DNA of 32,000 nt, from assembly GCA_963675515.1 (NCBI GenBank), contig OY776328.1:2160001-2192000 (forward strand). The letters are read 5' to 3'. Positions 1-8,224 of this stretch are shown in pieces; position 1 is the first letter of the stretch; every line of letters begins with the position of its first letter. The notes below the pieces were generated by a model. That model saw only the letters and a program-made list of their open reading frames with translations, made no database searches and had not been told where the DNA came from. This stretch comes from Coprobacillaceae bacterium (GTDB taxonomy: Bacteria > Bacillota_I > Bacilli_A > Erysipelotrichales > Coprobacillaceae). Made by a program: the position numbers and the translations under genes.

Positions 1-2
1 CT

Positions 3-296
3 TACAACCTGGAAATAAGCGAAGTCGACGCATCGCTGATCCCTTCCCTGCTCGCTGACGTGGCAATCGGGGTGATCAACAACAACTATGCCTACGACAA
101 CAACCTTTCACTTGATGGCGCCCTTTATGTCGAGCAGGCGACTGCAGGAAATCCATACATCAACATCATCGCCGCAAGAAGCGAAGACAAGGACAACGAA
201 ACCTATCTCAAGATTGTCGAACTTTACCAGAGCGACGCGGTGAAACAGGTCATCCTGGACACGTACGAAGGTTACCAGATACCGGCCTGGAATTAA
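3..296 (+). CDS. metQ: Methionine ABC transporter substrate-binding lipoprotein (MetQ/NlpA family), C-terminal fragment; the 5' end lies outside the window
   Basis: The frame is open from nt 3 to TAA at 294-296. The C-terminal sequence NIIAARSEDKDNETYLKIVELYQSDAVKQV...IPAW matches my recollection of NlpA/MetQ C-termini. Confidence 0.75.
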   Translation, partial: YNLEISEVDASLIPSLLADVAIGVINNNYAYDNNLSLDGALYVEQATAGNPYINIIAARSEDKDNETYLKIVELYQSDAVKQVILDTYEGYQIPAWN

Positions 297-299
297 CCC

Positions 300-328
300 T
301 TGCTTATTGGCCGGATTCATTTTAAGAT
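300..328 (+). promoter_or_regulatory. Candidate sigma70/SigA promoter for the LysR gene
   Basis: TTGCTT (300-305), 17 nt spacer, TAAGAT (323-328). It sits about 20 nt upstream of RBS AGAGGTGG and the ATG at 348. Confidence 0.35.
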
Positions 329-347
329 AAGAATAGAGGTGGCAAAC

Positions 348-1244
348 ATGACAATTATCCAATTAGAATACCTGATTACCGTAGCTTCTTCCAATTCGAT
401 CAATGAAGCGGCCAACAAGCTTTTCATTTCCCAGCCGACCCTTTCGGCGGCGATCAAGGAAATCGAAAACACCGTGGGCTTTTCAATCTTCAACCGCTCC
501 AACCGCGGAGTCAAGCTGACCTTAAAAGGCGAGGAGTTTGTGACCTACGCCAAGCAGGTGCTCGACCAGTACAATCTCCTTGAAGAGAAGTTTGTGCGCA
601 AGAACGACAAGCAGTACTTCTCGGTTTCCCTGCAGCATTACACCTTCGCGGTCAAGGCCTTTGTCGAGACGCTCCAGTCGCATTCATTCGACCAGTACGA
701 GTTCTCCATTTTCGAGACCCGGACCCGGGATGTGATCGACAATGTCAAGAACTTCAAGTCGGACCTGGGGGTCATCTACACCACCGCCAACAACCAGCGG
801 ATCATAAACAAGATCCTGAGTGAAGCCAATCTCGAGTTCGTCCCCCTGGTGGAGTGCGCCCTTCATGTCTATCTCCATGAGAACCATCCCCTGGCTAGCC
901 TTGAGAAGATTTCCCTGGACATGCTTGACGAATATCCCTGCTGTGTCTTCGACCAGGGCGACAACTCCCTCTTTCTTTCCGAAGAGGTCATCTCCATCGA
1001 CGACATCAAGCGGGTCATCAAGGTTTCCGACCGGGCCACGATCTTGAACCTGATGGTCGGCCTCAACGGCTACACGATCTGCTCGGGGATAATCTCCCAG
1101 GAGCTCAACGGCAGCGAGTATCTTTCGATTCCCCTCGTGGTCGACGAAACGATGACCATCGGCTACATCAAGCACAGGAATCTCTATCTCAACGACATTT
1201 CCCAGGAATATATCGAACATCTCAAAGCTTACCTGAACCAGTGA
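348..1244 (+). CDS. LysR-family transcriptional regulator
   Basis: N-terminal HTH MTIIQLEYLITVASSNSINEAANKLFISQPTLSAAIKEIE... is typical of LysR. The length (298 aa) fits an HTH plus substrate-binding domain. The start is moved to ATG 348, which follows RBS GAGGTGG; the ORF-track start at 300 has no RBS. Confidence 0.85.
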   Translation: MTIIQLEYLITVASSNSINEAANKLFISQPTLSAAIKEIENTVGFSIFNRSNRGVKLTLKGEEFVTYAKQVLDQYNLLEEKFVRKNDKQYFSVSLQHYTFAVKAFVETLQSHSFDQYEFSIFETRTRDVIDNVKNFKSDLGVIYTTANNQRIINKILSEANLEFVPLVECALHVYLHENHPLASLEKISLDMLDEYPCCVFDQGDNSLFLSEEVISIDDIKRVIKVSDRATILNLMVGLNGYTICSGIISQELNGSEYLSIPLVVDETMTIGYIKHRNLYLNDISQEYIEHLKAYLNQ

Positions 1245-1268
1245 GTCAGCCCCCGGCTGACTTTTTTC
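1245..1268 (+). terminator. Rho-independent terminator after the LysR gene
   Basis: Stem GTCAGCC (1245-1251), CCC loop, GGCTGAC (1255-1261), followed by TTTTTT. Confidence 0.7.
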
Positions 1269-1269
1269 T

Positions 1270-1298
1270 TTGCATTAGTCACTGAGCTGGATTAAAAT
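1270..1298 (+). promoter_or_regulatory. Candidate promoter for the membrane kinase-like gene
   Basis: TTGCAT (1270-1275), 17 nt spacer, TAAAAT (1293-1298). Confidence 0.45.
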
Positions 1299-1331
1299 GA
1301 AAGTAGAAAAGGAACAATCAAAATAACAGGG

Positions 1332-2078
1332 ATGGGAGGGAAGAAATTGGAAAACATTACCGCGCTGCTGGCATCGGTGATCTATGTTTTTGCTTCATTG
1401 GTCATCGTTGTCGTCTTCGACCACTTTTCGACGCGCTCCAAAGAAGTGTCGCGCAAGATGCTCCATATCCTCACGGGCAACTGGATTTTGATCTCCCTGC
1501 TTTTCACGAACCTGTTTGCCCTGTTGCTTTTGCCGGCCGGACTGCTGGTCTTGAATCTGTTGTCGCTTCGATTCAATCTGGTCAAGGCGATGGAACGCGA
1601 CGATGACAGCTGGGGCACCGTCTTCTATCCCTTGAGCATCATGATTTTAAGCGCCATCGGCTTCGTGATTGAGATGCCGGTCATTCCCGTCACGGGAATT
1701 ATGATCCTTGGCTACGGTGACGGGCTGGCGGCGATAACCGGAGGCAAATGGGGCCATTGGCGCCCGTTCAAGATCGCACCGAAGAAAAGTTTTGTCGGCA
1801 GTCTCACCGTTGTCCTGATTGGCTTTGCGATAACCTTCGGGGCGCTTTTACTGTTCGAACCGGACACATCGATGATCATGACCATTGGAATTGCCATCAA
1901 CACCGCCCTTCTTGCTTCCCTGCTTGAGCTGGTCGGCAAAAAAGGCAGCGACAACCTGACCCTGCCCATTGGCACCGGCATGTTCGTCGCGGCCAGTCTC
2001 ATATTCCCCTATTGGCAACTCCTGGTCGCTTCCCTCTTGATCCTGGCAGGCCTGTGGGTCATGGCCTTCAGGAAATGA
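1332..2078 (+). CDS. Polytopic membrane protein of the CTP-transferase-1 superfamily (diacylglycerol/polyprenol/phytol kinase-like)
   Basis: Multiple hydrophobic helices and the motif GYGDGLAAITGGKWG, typical of the CdsA/dolichol-kinase/phytol-kinase family. An alternative TTG start at 1347 sits 7 nt after GGAGG (1335-1339). Confidence 0.6.
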   Translation: MGGKKLENITALLASVIYVFASLVIVVVFDHFSTRSKEVSRKMLHILTGNWILISLLFTNLFALLLLPAGLLVLNLLSLRFNLVKAMERDDDSWGTVFYPLSIMILSAIGFVIEMPVIPVTGIMILGYGDGLAAITGGKWGHWRPFKIAPKKSFVGSLTVVLIGFAITFGALLLFEPDTSMIMTIGIAINTALLASLLELVGKKGSDNLTLPIGTGMFVAASLIFPYWQLLVASLLILAGLWVMAFRK

Positions 2079-2100
2079 TAACGTTTTAGAATCAAAGCAT

Positions 2101-2132
2101 AAAAAAAACGCTGGAATACAACCGGCGTTTTT
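2101..2132. terminator. Bidirectional rho-independent terminator between convergent genes
   Basis: A-run, stem ACGCTGG (2108-2114), 7-nt loop, CCGGCGT (2122-2128, one G-U pair), T-run. It overlaps the stop codon of the minus-strand gene (2131-2133). Confidence 0.6.
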
Positions 2133-3138
2133 ACTTTACCTTGATTTCTTCGATGTTTTTAAGGATGAGTTCGGTCTTGCCGTCGCTTCCCATCTGGGTG
2201 TTGAAGTCGACCAGGTTGAGATACTCGTCCAGGGGCAGTTCGATGGTCCTGCGGTCATCGAGGATCAGCTTGCAGCGGGCCATCTTGTCGATCGAGGTGG
2301 GAATGTTGACAATCTCATCATCCACAGTGAAACCAAGATCAAGAAGGAGTGTCTCCACTTCGCTTTGGGCCTGATAGTCGCTGCCCATGACCTTCTTGGC
2401 TATTTCCATCGGCTTGACCTTTTCGAAGTTTTCCACGGCGTTGATCAGCTCCTGTTTGACCATGACCCCGGGATCACCCGGAAAGACATTGAGCTGGCTG
2501 TCGACTTTCTTGACTGCCTTGTTGAGCAATGACAGCTTCTCGCGATCGGACAGCTTAGGTTCCCCTTTGACATACTGGTCGTTCAAATAGAAATCGGCCT
2601 TGCCGTCGATCTCGAACTTCTTCTCGATCAGATAGAGCCGTCCCTGTTCCACATTGACGATGATGGCTTCCTCCACCGCTCCACCTTGGGGTGGCAGGCT
2701 TTGGACATTGACGACCTTGAGGCTGGTCTTGCCGTCGATCTCATCGATCTTGATGGTCGGAGTGACCTTGTAGTTGAGCTTGATCATCACGACATGCTTA
2801 TCACCGTCGAACTTGCATTCGATAAAAAGGAGATTGCTGCTAGGCATCTGCGCAATGTGGGTACACAAACCATAGATGTCATCGGCCATCTTGGAAGAAA
2901 CAGTGATGAAGCTTTCCTCATCAAGAATCATGTCGCTTGCCATGGTCAGCACATGATGTTGACTTCCGACCACAATTTCTTTAATATTACTGTTGGCGAA
3001 TACTTTTTCAAGCTTCTTGCGATAGTATTCAATCAACGCTTCATCGATTGCAACCAGCTGGCTGGAATATGTAATTTTTGAATGTTCCATATCGAGCATA
3101 TGGAGAATAATCTTGTCTATTATTATCGTATTGTTCAT
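2131..3138 (-). CDS. Nucleoid-associated protein, NA37/YejK (NdpA)-like
   Basis: About 335 aa. The N-terminus NTIIIDKIILHMLD and the overall pattern resemble the NA37 family from memory; no search was run. The start is moved to ATG 3138 (RBS GGTGA), because the ORF-track start at 3147 is GTG. Confidence 0.5.
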   Translation of the reverse strand: MNNTIIIDKIILHMLDMEHSKITYSSQLVAIDEALIEYYRKKLEKVFANSNIKEIVVGSQHHVLTMASDMILDEESFITVSSKMADDIYGLCTHIAQMPSSNLLFIECKFDGDKHVVMIKLNYKVTPTIKIDEIDGKTSLKVVNVQSLPPQGGAVEEAIIVNVEQGRLYLIEKKFEIDGKADFYLNDQYVKGEPKLSDREKLSLLNKAVKKVDSQLNVFPGDPGVMVKQELINAVENFEKVKPMEIAKKVMGSDYQAQSEVETLLLDLGFTVDDEIVNIPTSIDKMARCKLILDDRRTIELPLDEYLNLVDFNTQMGSDGKTELILKNIEEIKVK

Positions 3139-3155
3139 TTTTATCACCGCTTAAG

Positions 3156-3164
3156 ATTATAACA
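3156..3164 (-). promoter_or_regulatory. Candidate extended -10 promoter for the NA37-like gene
   Basis: The minus strand reads TGTTATAAT (TGn + TATAAT) only about 18 nt upstream of ATG 3138, implying a very short leader. There is no good -35 element. Confidence 0.3.
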
Positions 3165-3183
3165 CAACAAAGGAGAAAATCCC

Positions 3184-3927
3184 ATGAAAATTATCGTCGG
3201 CGATGCCAAAACCCAGAAAATCCAAAAACCGCTTCTAGAAAAACCAATCGAGACAACAATCCCCCACTTTTTAGAGGGTGCGACAATCCTGCGCAACCGG
3301 CTTAAAGCTTTGGATCCCCAAGAGCTTGAAAGGATTTTCAAGGTGTCTTCCAAGATCGCCGCCAGCCTGTTTGACCGCTACAAAAAGGACCACAATGTCC
3401 CGGCGATAACCATGTATGACGGCATGGTTTTCAGGCAGTTCAACCGCAATCTTGATAGCGAAAAGCTTGACTACTACAAAAAGCACCTCAGGATAATCTC
3501 CCCGCTCTATGGCCTGCTGCTTCCAAGTGACGGCATCTCCTTCTACCGCCTGTCGATGGGCGACCTCCCGGATATCAACCTGTATGATTACCATCAGCCA
3601 GTCAATGCCCTGCTTGAAAACGAGGATTTTTTGCTTCTGCTTTGTTCCCAGGAATTCGCCCGGCTGATCGACCATCCCCGGGCGTACTTCGTCGACTTTG
3701 TCGAATTCGACGGCGATAAGACAAAACGCCCCTCGGCCCATATCAAACAGGCGCGGGGGACGATGGTGTCATTGTTGGCCAGAAACAGGATCACTTCCCT
3801 GTCCGGTCTAAAGAAGCTCGATGTAGATGGTTTTGTCTTCAACCCGGAACTTTCAGACGGATTGAATCTTGTTTTCTCAAAGAAGTTCGCCACTAAAAAA
3901 ACGCAATCCCCAGCAAGCCGGCCATAA
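3184..3927 (+). CDS. yaaA: YaaA-family (UPF0246/DUF328) peroxide-stress protein
   Basis: 247 aa. The N-terminus MKIIVGDAKTQ resembles the YaaA ...SPAKT... motif, the C-terminal part has KQARGTMVSLLARNRI, and RBS AAAGGAG lies upstream. The 3' end overlaps the convergent chrA-like gene by 35 nt. Confidence 0.75.
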   Translation: MKIIVGDAKTQKIQKPLLEKPIETTIPHFLEGATILRNRLKALDPQELERIFKVSSKIAASLFDRYKKDHNVPAITMYDGMVFRQFNRNLDSEKLDYYKKHLRIISPLYGLLLPSDGISFYRLSMGDLPDINLYDYHQPVNALLENEDFLLLLCSQEFARLIDHPRAYFVDFVEFDGDKTKRPSAHIKQARGTMVSLLARNRITSLSGLKKLDVDGFVFNPELSDGLNLVFSKKFATKKTQSPASRP

Positions 3928-4438
3928 GCAGGTAGATGCTTGGATGGAGCTTTAACCTTCTGGAAAGGATGAACAGAAAAACAAACAGGATGACCGCCTT
4001 GAAATCGACCATGGCCAGGCCGCTTTTTTCAAAATCGAAGAAGGAAAGCCTGGCGATGGAATAGACCGCCGCTAGGATGATTCCGATGACAACCGGACGC
4101 AATCCGGTGAAAAACAGCTGGACCCACTTGTTGTCCTTGAAGTTTTCCAGACCCCGGGCGATAAGCATGATGATCACCCACGAAGGCGTGACCATTCCCA
4201 AGGTCGCGATCAGACTGCCGGCAATCCCCAGCTGGCTATAGCCGATATAGGTGGCCATATTGATCCCCAGCGGTCCGGGGGTCGCCTGGGATATGGCAAT
4301 CATATTGGCGAACTGGTCGAGGGTCAGCCAGCCCTGTTTCAACACGAAATCCTGAAGCAAAGGCAAGGCCGCAAGTCCGCCACCGATGGTGAACAGGCCG
4401 ATCTTGCAAAAGTTCAGATAGATGAACAGATATTCCAT
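3893..4438 (-). CDS. Chromate transporter family protein (short CHR, second half of pair)
   Basis: 181 aa and hydrophobic. FTIGGGLAALPLLQ and ISQATPGPLGIN motifs are typical of ChrA-family half-size proteins. Confidence 0.8.
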   Translation of the reverse strand: MEYLFIYLNFCKIGLFTIGGGLAALPLLQDFVLKQGWLTLDQFANMIAISQATPGPLGINMATYIGYSQLGIAGSLIATLGMVTPSWVIIMLIARGLENFKDNKWVQLFFTGLRPVVIGIILAAVYSIARLSFFDFEKSGLAMVDFKAVILFVFLFILSRRLKLHPSIYLLMAGLLGIAFF

Positions 4439-4446
4439 AAGACCTC

Positions 4447-4989
4447 CTAGTCCCTTAGTCCCAGCGCGAAAAGCGGCGCCATGACGATTGGGATGATCGG
4501 ATTGAGACCGCCAAAAGCGATGGCACCAAAGACCCCAAACAAGAGTGCGACCGCCAGCGGTTTTTTTATCGTTGCCTTGGCCATCTTGGCCAGCGAATTG
4601 ATGATCAGTACAACCACCATCACCCGGATTCCCGCAAACGCCCTGATGACCAGGATATTGTCGGCGAACCGGCCAAAAAAGGCGGCGATGACCAGGATGA
4701 TGATTGTGGGCACGACAATCATCGCCCCCGTGGCTACAATGCTTCCCAGGATGCCCGCCTGGGTGTAGCCAACCAAAGTTGCGGTGTTGATGGCGATGAT
4801 CCCCGGAGTCGACTGTCCGATCGCGAAATAGTCAAGCAAAGTAGTTTCGTCGAGCCAGCCCCGCTTGTCGATCAGCTCCTTTTCAAGCAGCGGCAGCATC
4901 GCATAACCGCCTCCGACACTGAAGGTGCCGATCGCAAAAAATGCCAGGGCCAGCTCTTTTAAGGTATTGATTTTGTTTTTTGTTTCCAT
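4447..4989 (-). CDS. Chromate transporter family protein (short CHR, first half of pair)
   Basis: 180 aa with FSVGGGYAMLPLLEKE and GQSTPGIIAIN motifs. RBS GGAGGGAAATC precedes the ATG. It pairs with the adjacent paralog, as in the ywrA/ywrB-type arrangement. Confidence 0.8.
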   Translation of the reverse strand: METKNKINTLKELALAFFAIGTFSVGGGYAMLPLLEKELIDKRGWLDETTLLDYFAIGQSTPGIIAINTATLVGYTQAGILGSIVATGAMIVVPTIIILVIAAFFGRFADNILVIRAFAGIRVMVVVLIINSLAKMAKATIKKPLAVALLFGVFGAIAFGGLNPIIPIVMAPLFALGLRD

Positions 4990-5022
4990 GATTTCCCTCC
5001 TCTAAAAAAAAAAAAGAAGCCA

Positions 5023-6087
5023 TCAGACCTCTTTTTTCTTGCAATAATCGCTCACGAATTCGATGAATCTGGCCATCTGGTCGTCAGTGCCGATCGTGAT
5101 CCGCAGGAAGTTATCGATGCGAGGCGCCTTGAAATGGCGGACGATTATTCCAACTTCCCGCAACGCAAGAAACAGTTCCCCAGCCGGGATCCTCTCATGC
5201 GATGCGAAGATGAAGTTCGCCTTTGAATCGAGCACCCTGAAGCCAAGAAGGCGCAGGCTGGCAACCGTGTTGTCACGGGTCTTGATGACTTTCTGGCATT
5301 TTTCCTTCATGTCATCGCTGTTTTTGACCGAAGCCACTCCGATTTCCTTGGCAATTGTGTCGATTGGATAGGAGTTGAACGAATTCTTGATATCGTAAAG
5401 CTGTTTTATCACAACCGGACTTCCGATCGCCACTCCCAGCCGGATTCCCGCAAGCGAGCGGGATTTGGAAAATGTCTGGGTTATAAGAAGGTTTTCATAT
5501 TTGTCAAGCAGGCCAAGCGCGCTTGTCCCGCCAAAGTCGATATAGGCCTCATCGACCACAACAATCGAATCCGGGTTGTTTTTTAACACCTGCTCGACCT
5601 GGTCCAGCCCGGCGAATATCCCCGTCGGGGCATTCGGGTTCGGGAAGATGATCCCGCTGTTTTTCTGGTTGAACCCCTCGAAGGGGATGGTGAAATCTCC
5701 GTTCAAAGGGATTGTCTTGTAGTCCATCTTGTACAGGTCGCAGTAAACCGGATAGAACGAATAAGTTATGTCCGGGAAAAGAATCGGGTCAGTTCCGTTG
5801 AAAAGACCCAGGAAGATCAAAGCCAGCACCTCGTCGGAACCGTTGCCCAGAAATACCTGCTCCTCCTTGACCTGGTAGTAGTCAGCCAGGGCGACCTGAA
5901 GCTCGTACCCGTCGCTGTTTGGATATTTGAGCAGCACTTCATAGTCGAAGTTTTTCAGCACCTCTTCCACCTGTGGACACGGCGGATAAGGATTTTCATT
6001 GGTGTTCAGTTTTATCATGTTAGCCATTTTTGGCTGTTCGCCCGCCACATAAGGAACTACCGGGCGGAATTTGTCTTGGAATCCCAT
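5023..6087 (-). CDS. hisC: Histidinol-phosphate aminotransferase-like class II PLP aminotransferase
   Basis: 354 aa. Motifs seen: LNTNENPYPP, GNGSDE, VVVDEAYIDF, and TFSKSRSLAGIRLG carrying the PLP lysine. Confidence 0.8.
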   Translation of the reverse strand: MGFQDKFRPVVPYVAGEQPKMANMIKLNTNENPYPPCPQVEEVLKNFDYEVLLKYPNSDGYELQVALADYYQVKEEQVFLGNGSDEVLALIFLGLFNGTDPILFPDITYSFYPVYCDLYKMDYKTIPLNGDFTIPFEGFNQKNSGIIFPNPNAPTGIFAGLDQVEQVLKNNPDSIVVVDEAYIDFGGTSALGLLDKYENLLITQTFSKSRSLAGIRLGVAIGSPVVIKQLYDIKNSFNSYPIDTIAKEIGVASVKNSDDMKEKCQKVIKTRDNTVASLRLLGFRVLDSKANFIFASHERIPAGELFLALREVGIIVRHFKAPRIDNFLRITIGTDDQMARFIEFVSDYCKKKEV

Positions 6088-6088
6088 A

Positions 6089-6856
6089 TCAATACTCTAC
6101 TTTCTTTAATAATTCACTGACAGTCGCAACCAGATACTCGGCCTTTTCCTTGATCGAATCGAGGCAGTGGTGGAAGGTTGCGGGATGGTCGACAATCTCG
6201 AACATCGAAAGGTCATTGTAGGAATCACCGATGCCATAACTGATGCCTTTGAAATCAAGCAGCTCCATCAATGTCCTGGCTCCGTTTCCCTTGGTTGCCC
6301 CTTTAGAGGAGATATCGAGATAGATATCGTTAAGGTTCGGACTGACCTCGAACTGTTCAAGTTTGGAAATGACTTCATAAACGGTTTCCAGATTGCGGTC
6401 GTATTGGTTGCAGTTGATGATGTCGAAGCTTTTAGCACCTTTCGCAGTCTCCAGGAAATCGGCGTCGATTGCGATGAATTCACCGTCTTTCAAAACGTGT
6501 GTTACCCCATGTTTCAAGGTATAGGTGCCTTCACCGTTGTTGAAGGTGGCCTCGAGATTGTCGTAGCCAAGGATCATTTCAATCACCGCCAGACCGGTCT
6601 TTTTGTCGATCACGTTTTTCATCAGGTCAAAGCAATTGCCATCGATTATATGGGCCCCGTTGTTGAGGATCATGAAATCGAAGGGAATCCCGACCTTTTC
6701 AATCAACATGGAAGCCTCATCGAAGTTCCGGCCGGTGTTGATCACGAAGATGTTTTCCTTCTGGAATTCCTGGATCTGCTTGATGATATCTTTTTCTATG
6801 AGTTCGTTTTTCTCGACAAGGGTACCGTCGAGATCGCAGAATACTATCTTTTTCAT
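6089..6856 (-). CDS. Cof-type HAD-IIB family hydrolase (sugar-phosphate phosphatase-like)
   Basis: MKKIVFCDLDGTL (the DxD nucleophile motif), NTGR, and a C-terminal GDSYNDLSMF motif. Confidence 0.8.
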   Translation of the reverse strand: MKKIVFCDLDGTLVEKNELIEKDIIKQIQEFQKENIFVINTGRNFDEASMLIEKVGIPFDFMILNNGAHIIDGNCFDLMKNVIDKKTGLAVIEMILGYDNLEATFNNGEGTYTLKHGVTHVLKDGEFIAIDADFLETAKGAKSFDIINCNQYDRNLETVYEVISKLEQFEVSPNLNDIYLDISSKGATKGNGARTLMELLDFKGISYGIGDSYNDLSMFEIVDHPATFHHCLDSIKEKAEYLVATVSELLKKVEY

Positions 6857-7716
6857 CTCAGTGTGCCAAGAATCCCTTCACTGATGGCTCCGGTGAACTT
6901 CAAGTCAAGGACATAGCCGGGAGTCTCCCCGGGGCTGACCAGGTCGCTGGCATAGTACACGTTAAGCGATGAACCGTTGTTGTGCACGGTGACACCCAAG
7001 CCGTAGCGACCGACCATGTCGCCTTCAATGCCCTCATCAAGGATGGCGTTGAACTCCCCGGTTGCCTCAGCGTATAGGGGTTCGCTTTGAAGACCCAGGT
7101 AGCCGGTGAGCTTTTGGAAAGCTTCATTGTTGCCTTCGCTAAGGCGCAGGTAATCAAGATTTGAAAGATTGTAGCTGCTCGTACTTACAAGCAGCGAACT
7201 GTCTTCGCTGGCGCTGTTGTAATTGAGTTCGACCTTGAATGATGTTCCGTCAATGTCAAGATCATAGCTTGCCAGCACATAGGCGGCTGAAGTATTCGTG
7301 ATGGTCACCTGGTGGTTCACACCGGTGATTTCTCCTGAAAGGGAGCTCAGGTAGGATTGGAATTCATCTTCGAATCCGGTTAGCCTCGAGACAATGGCGC
7401 TTTGAGGAAAATCCGCCTGATATGTCTCTAGACTCGTATAGATGTAAAGGGGCATCTCGTTTGATGCGACATCCTGGTCGGCCACATTGTTGTAAGAAGA
7501 AGACCTGTTGTACATATTGAAATATGACGGACCGAATACAAAGCCGGCAATCAGGGAGTAGAATATCATCCGCTGGACAAAAGTCGTCCGTCTGGGGGTT
7601 CTTTGGTTCTGGTCTGGCTGATTGTTATCATTATGGTACCCCAATCGGTAGCCGCAGTGCGGGCATTTTGAATCGGTATCGTTAATGTCTTTTTTGCATC
7701 GAGGACATTTTTTCAT
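6853..7716 (-). CDS. Hypothetical membrane protein: N-terminal Zn-ribbon, one TM helix, extracytoplasmic domain of about 210 aa
   Basis: MKKCPRCKK...CPHCGY (CxxC...CxxC), then the TM helix MIFYSLIAGFVFGPSYF, then a Ser/Asn/Tyr-rich domain. The start is moved to ATG 7716, which follows RBS AGGTGA. There is a 4-nt overlap with the downstream HAD gene. Confidence 0.6.
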   Translation of the reverse strand: MKKCPRCKKDINDTDSKCPHCGYRLGYHNDNNQPDQNQRTPRRTTFVQRMIFYSLIAGFVFGPSYFNMYNRSSSYNNVADQDVASNEMPLYIYTSLETYQADFPQSAIVSRLTGFEDEFQSYLSSLSGEITGVNHQVTITNTSAAYVLASYDLDIDGTSFKVELNYNSASEDSSLLVSTSSYNLSNLDYLRLSEGNNEAFQKLTGYLGLQSEPLYAEATGEFNAILDEGIEGDMVGRYGLGVTVHNNGSSLNVYYASDLVSPGETPGYVLDLKFTGAISEGILGTLR

Positions 7717-7724
7717 TTCTTCAC

Positions 7725-8201
7725 CTACTTGTATATCTTCTCCATCCATTCATGGAATTCCTGGATGTATTCTTCTTTTGCTTTCTTTCTTTCATCGCTG
7801 TCATCGAGCTGATAGAACTCCTTTGACAGATACATGTAATTGTCGACAATCTCGTCGCCCTTGATCAGGACCAGTGTCGGCACCCAGGAGAAATCGAGTT
7901 CGGCCTTGAGGATGTCGTAATCCTTCTGGTCCTGTTCGCCCTGGCTGGCCTTGTCATGGTATTCCTGGATATTGAAATAATAAATATAGACCCCGGGATT
8001 GGCTTGAAGGTATTCCTCCACTATGGGGTAGAATTCGCGGCAGTCCTGGCAGCTTGGCCGGCCGATAAGCAGGACAAAAGGTTCGTTGGCGTCTTTGAGT
8101 TCCTGGATTCCTTGATAATCAACTTCGCTGATGTCTGGAAGCTGGTCGTTCTTTTCGATAACAATAGTGGATGTCTTTTGACATCCACTCAATATCACCA
8201 T
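7725..8201 (-). CDS. Thioredoxin-fold lipoprotein (CxxC: SCQDC); the true start is probably upstream of the first ATG, up to about 8237
   Basis: Lipobox ILSGC, the motif GRPSCQDCREF, and WVPTLVLIK typical of the thioredoxin fold. In-frame codons upstream of ATG 8201 encode IIKIKLLVALAI, completing a classic signal peptide, but contain no ATG, GTG or TTG. Confidence 0.65.
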   Translation of the reverse strand: MVILSGCQKTSTIVIEKNDQLPDISEVDYQGIQELKDANEPFVLLIGRPSCQDCREFYPIVEEYLQANPGVYIYYFNIQEYHDKASQGEQDQKDYDILKAELDFSWVPTLVLIKGDEIVDNYMYLSKEFYQLDDSDERKKAKEEYIQEFHEWMEKIYK

Positions 8202-8224
8202 GATTGCCAGGGCAACCAGAAGTT

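Noticed and set aside
300-347. ORF-track N-terminal extensions of the LysR gene (300), folE (11107), queF (12337), queC (11721 GTG), the S24 repressor (30133), PTS IIA (18239 TTG), the kinase (21611 GTG), the YitT-family gene (24334 GTG), the NA37-like gene (3147 GTG) and the Zn-ribbon membrane protein (7749).
   Set aside because: In each case an internal ATG with a properly spaced Shine-Dalgarno sequence coincides with the conserved family N-terminus. The longer forms overlap upstream genes or lack an RBS.
684-1220. Long antisense ORFs opposite well-supported genes: 684-1220(-), 2686-3081(+), 6167-6916(+), 10508-11119(-), 13014-13334(+), 20850-21461(+), 28512-29129(+), 30308-30787(-) and many shorter ones.
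   Set aside because: Each lies entirely within, and antisense to, a gene with clear family motifs. Their translations are low-complexity or biased (rich in V, D, G, R and H) with no RBS or recognisable motifs. They are typical shadow ORFs produced by codon bias.
3893-3927. The 35-nt convergent overlap of the yaaA and chrA-like coding regions, considered as a possible frameshift or mis-assembly.
   Set aside because: Both proteins have normal lengths and intact family motifs. The overlap involves only a poorly conserved yaaA tail, so it is probably genuine compaction or a slightly long yaaA reading frame.
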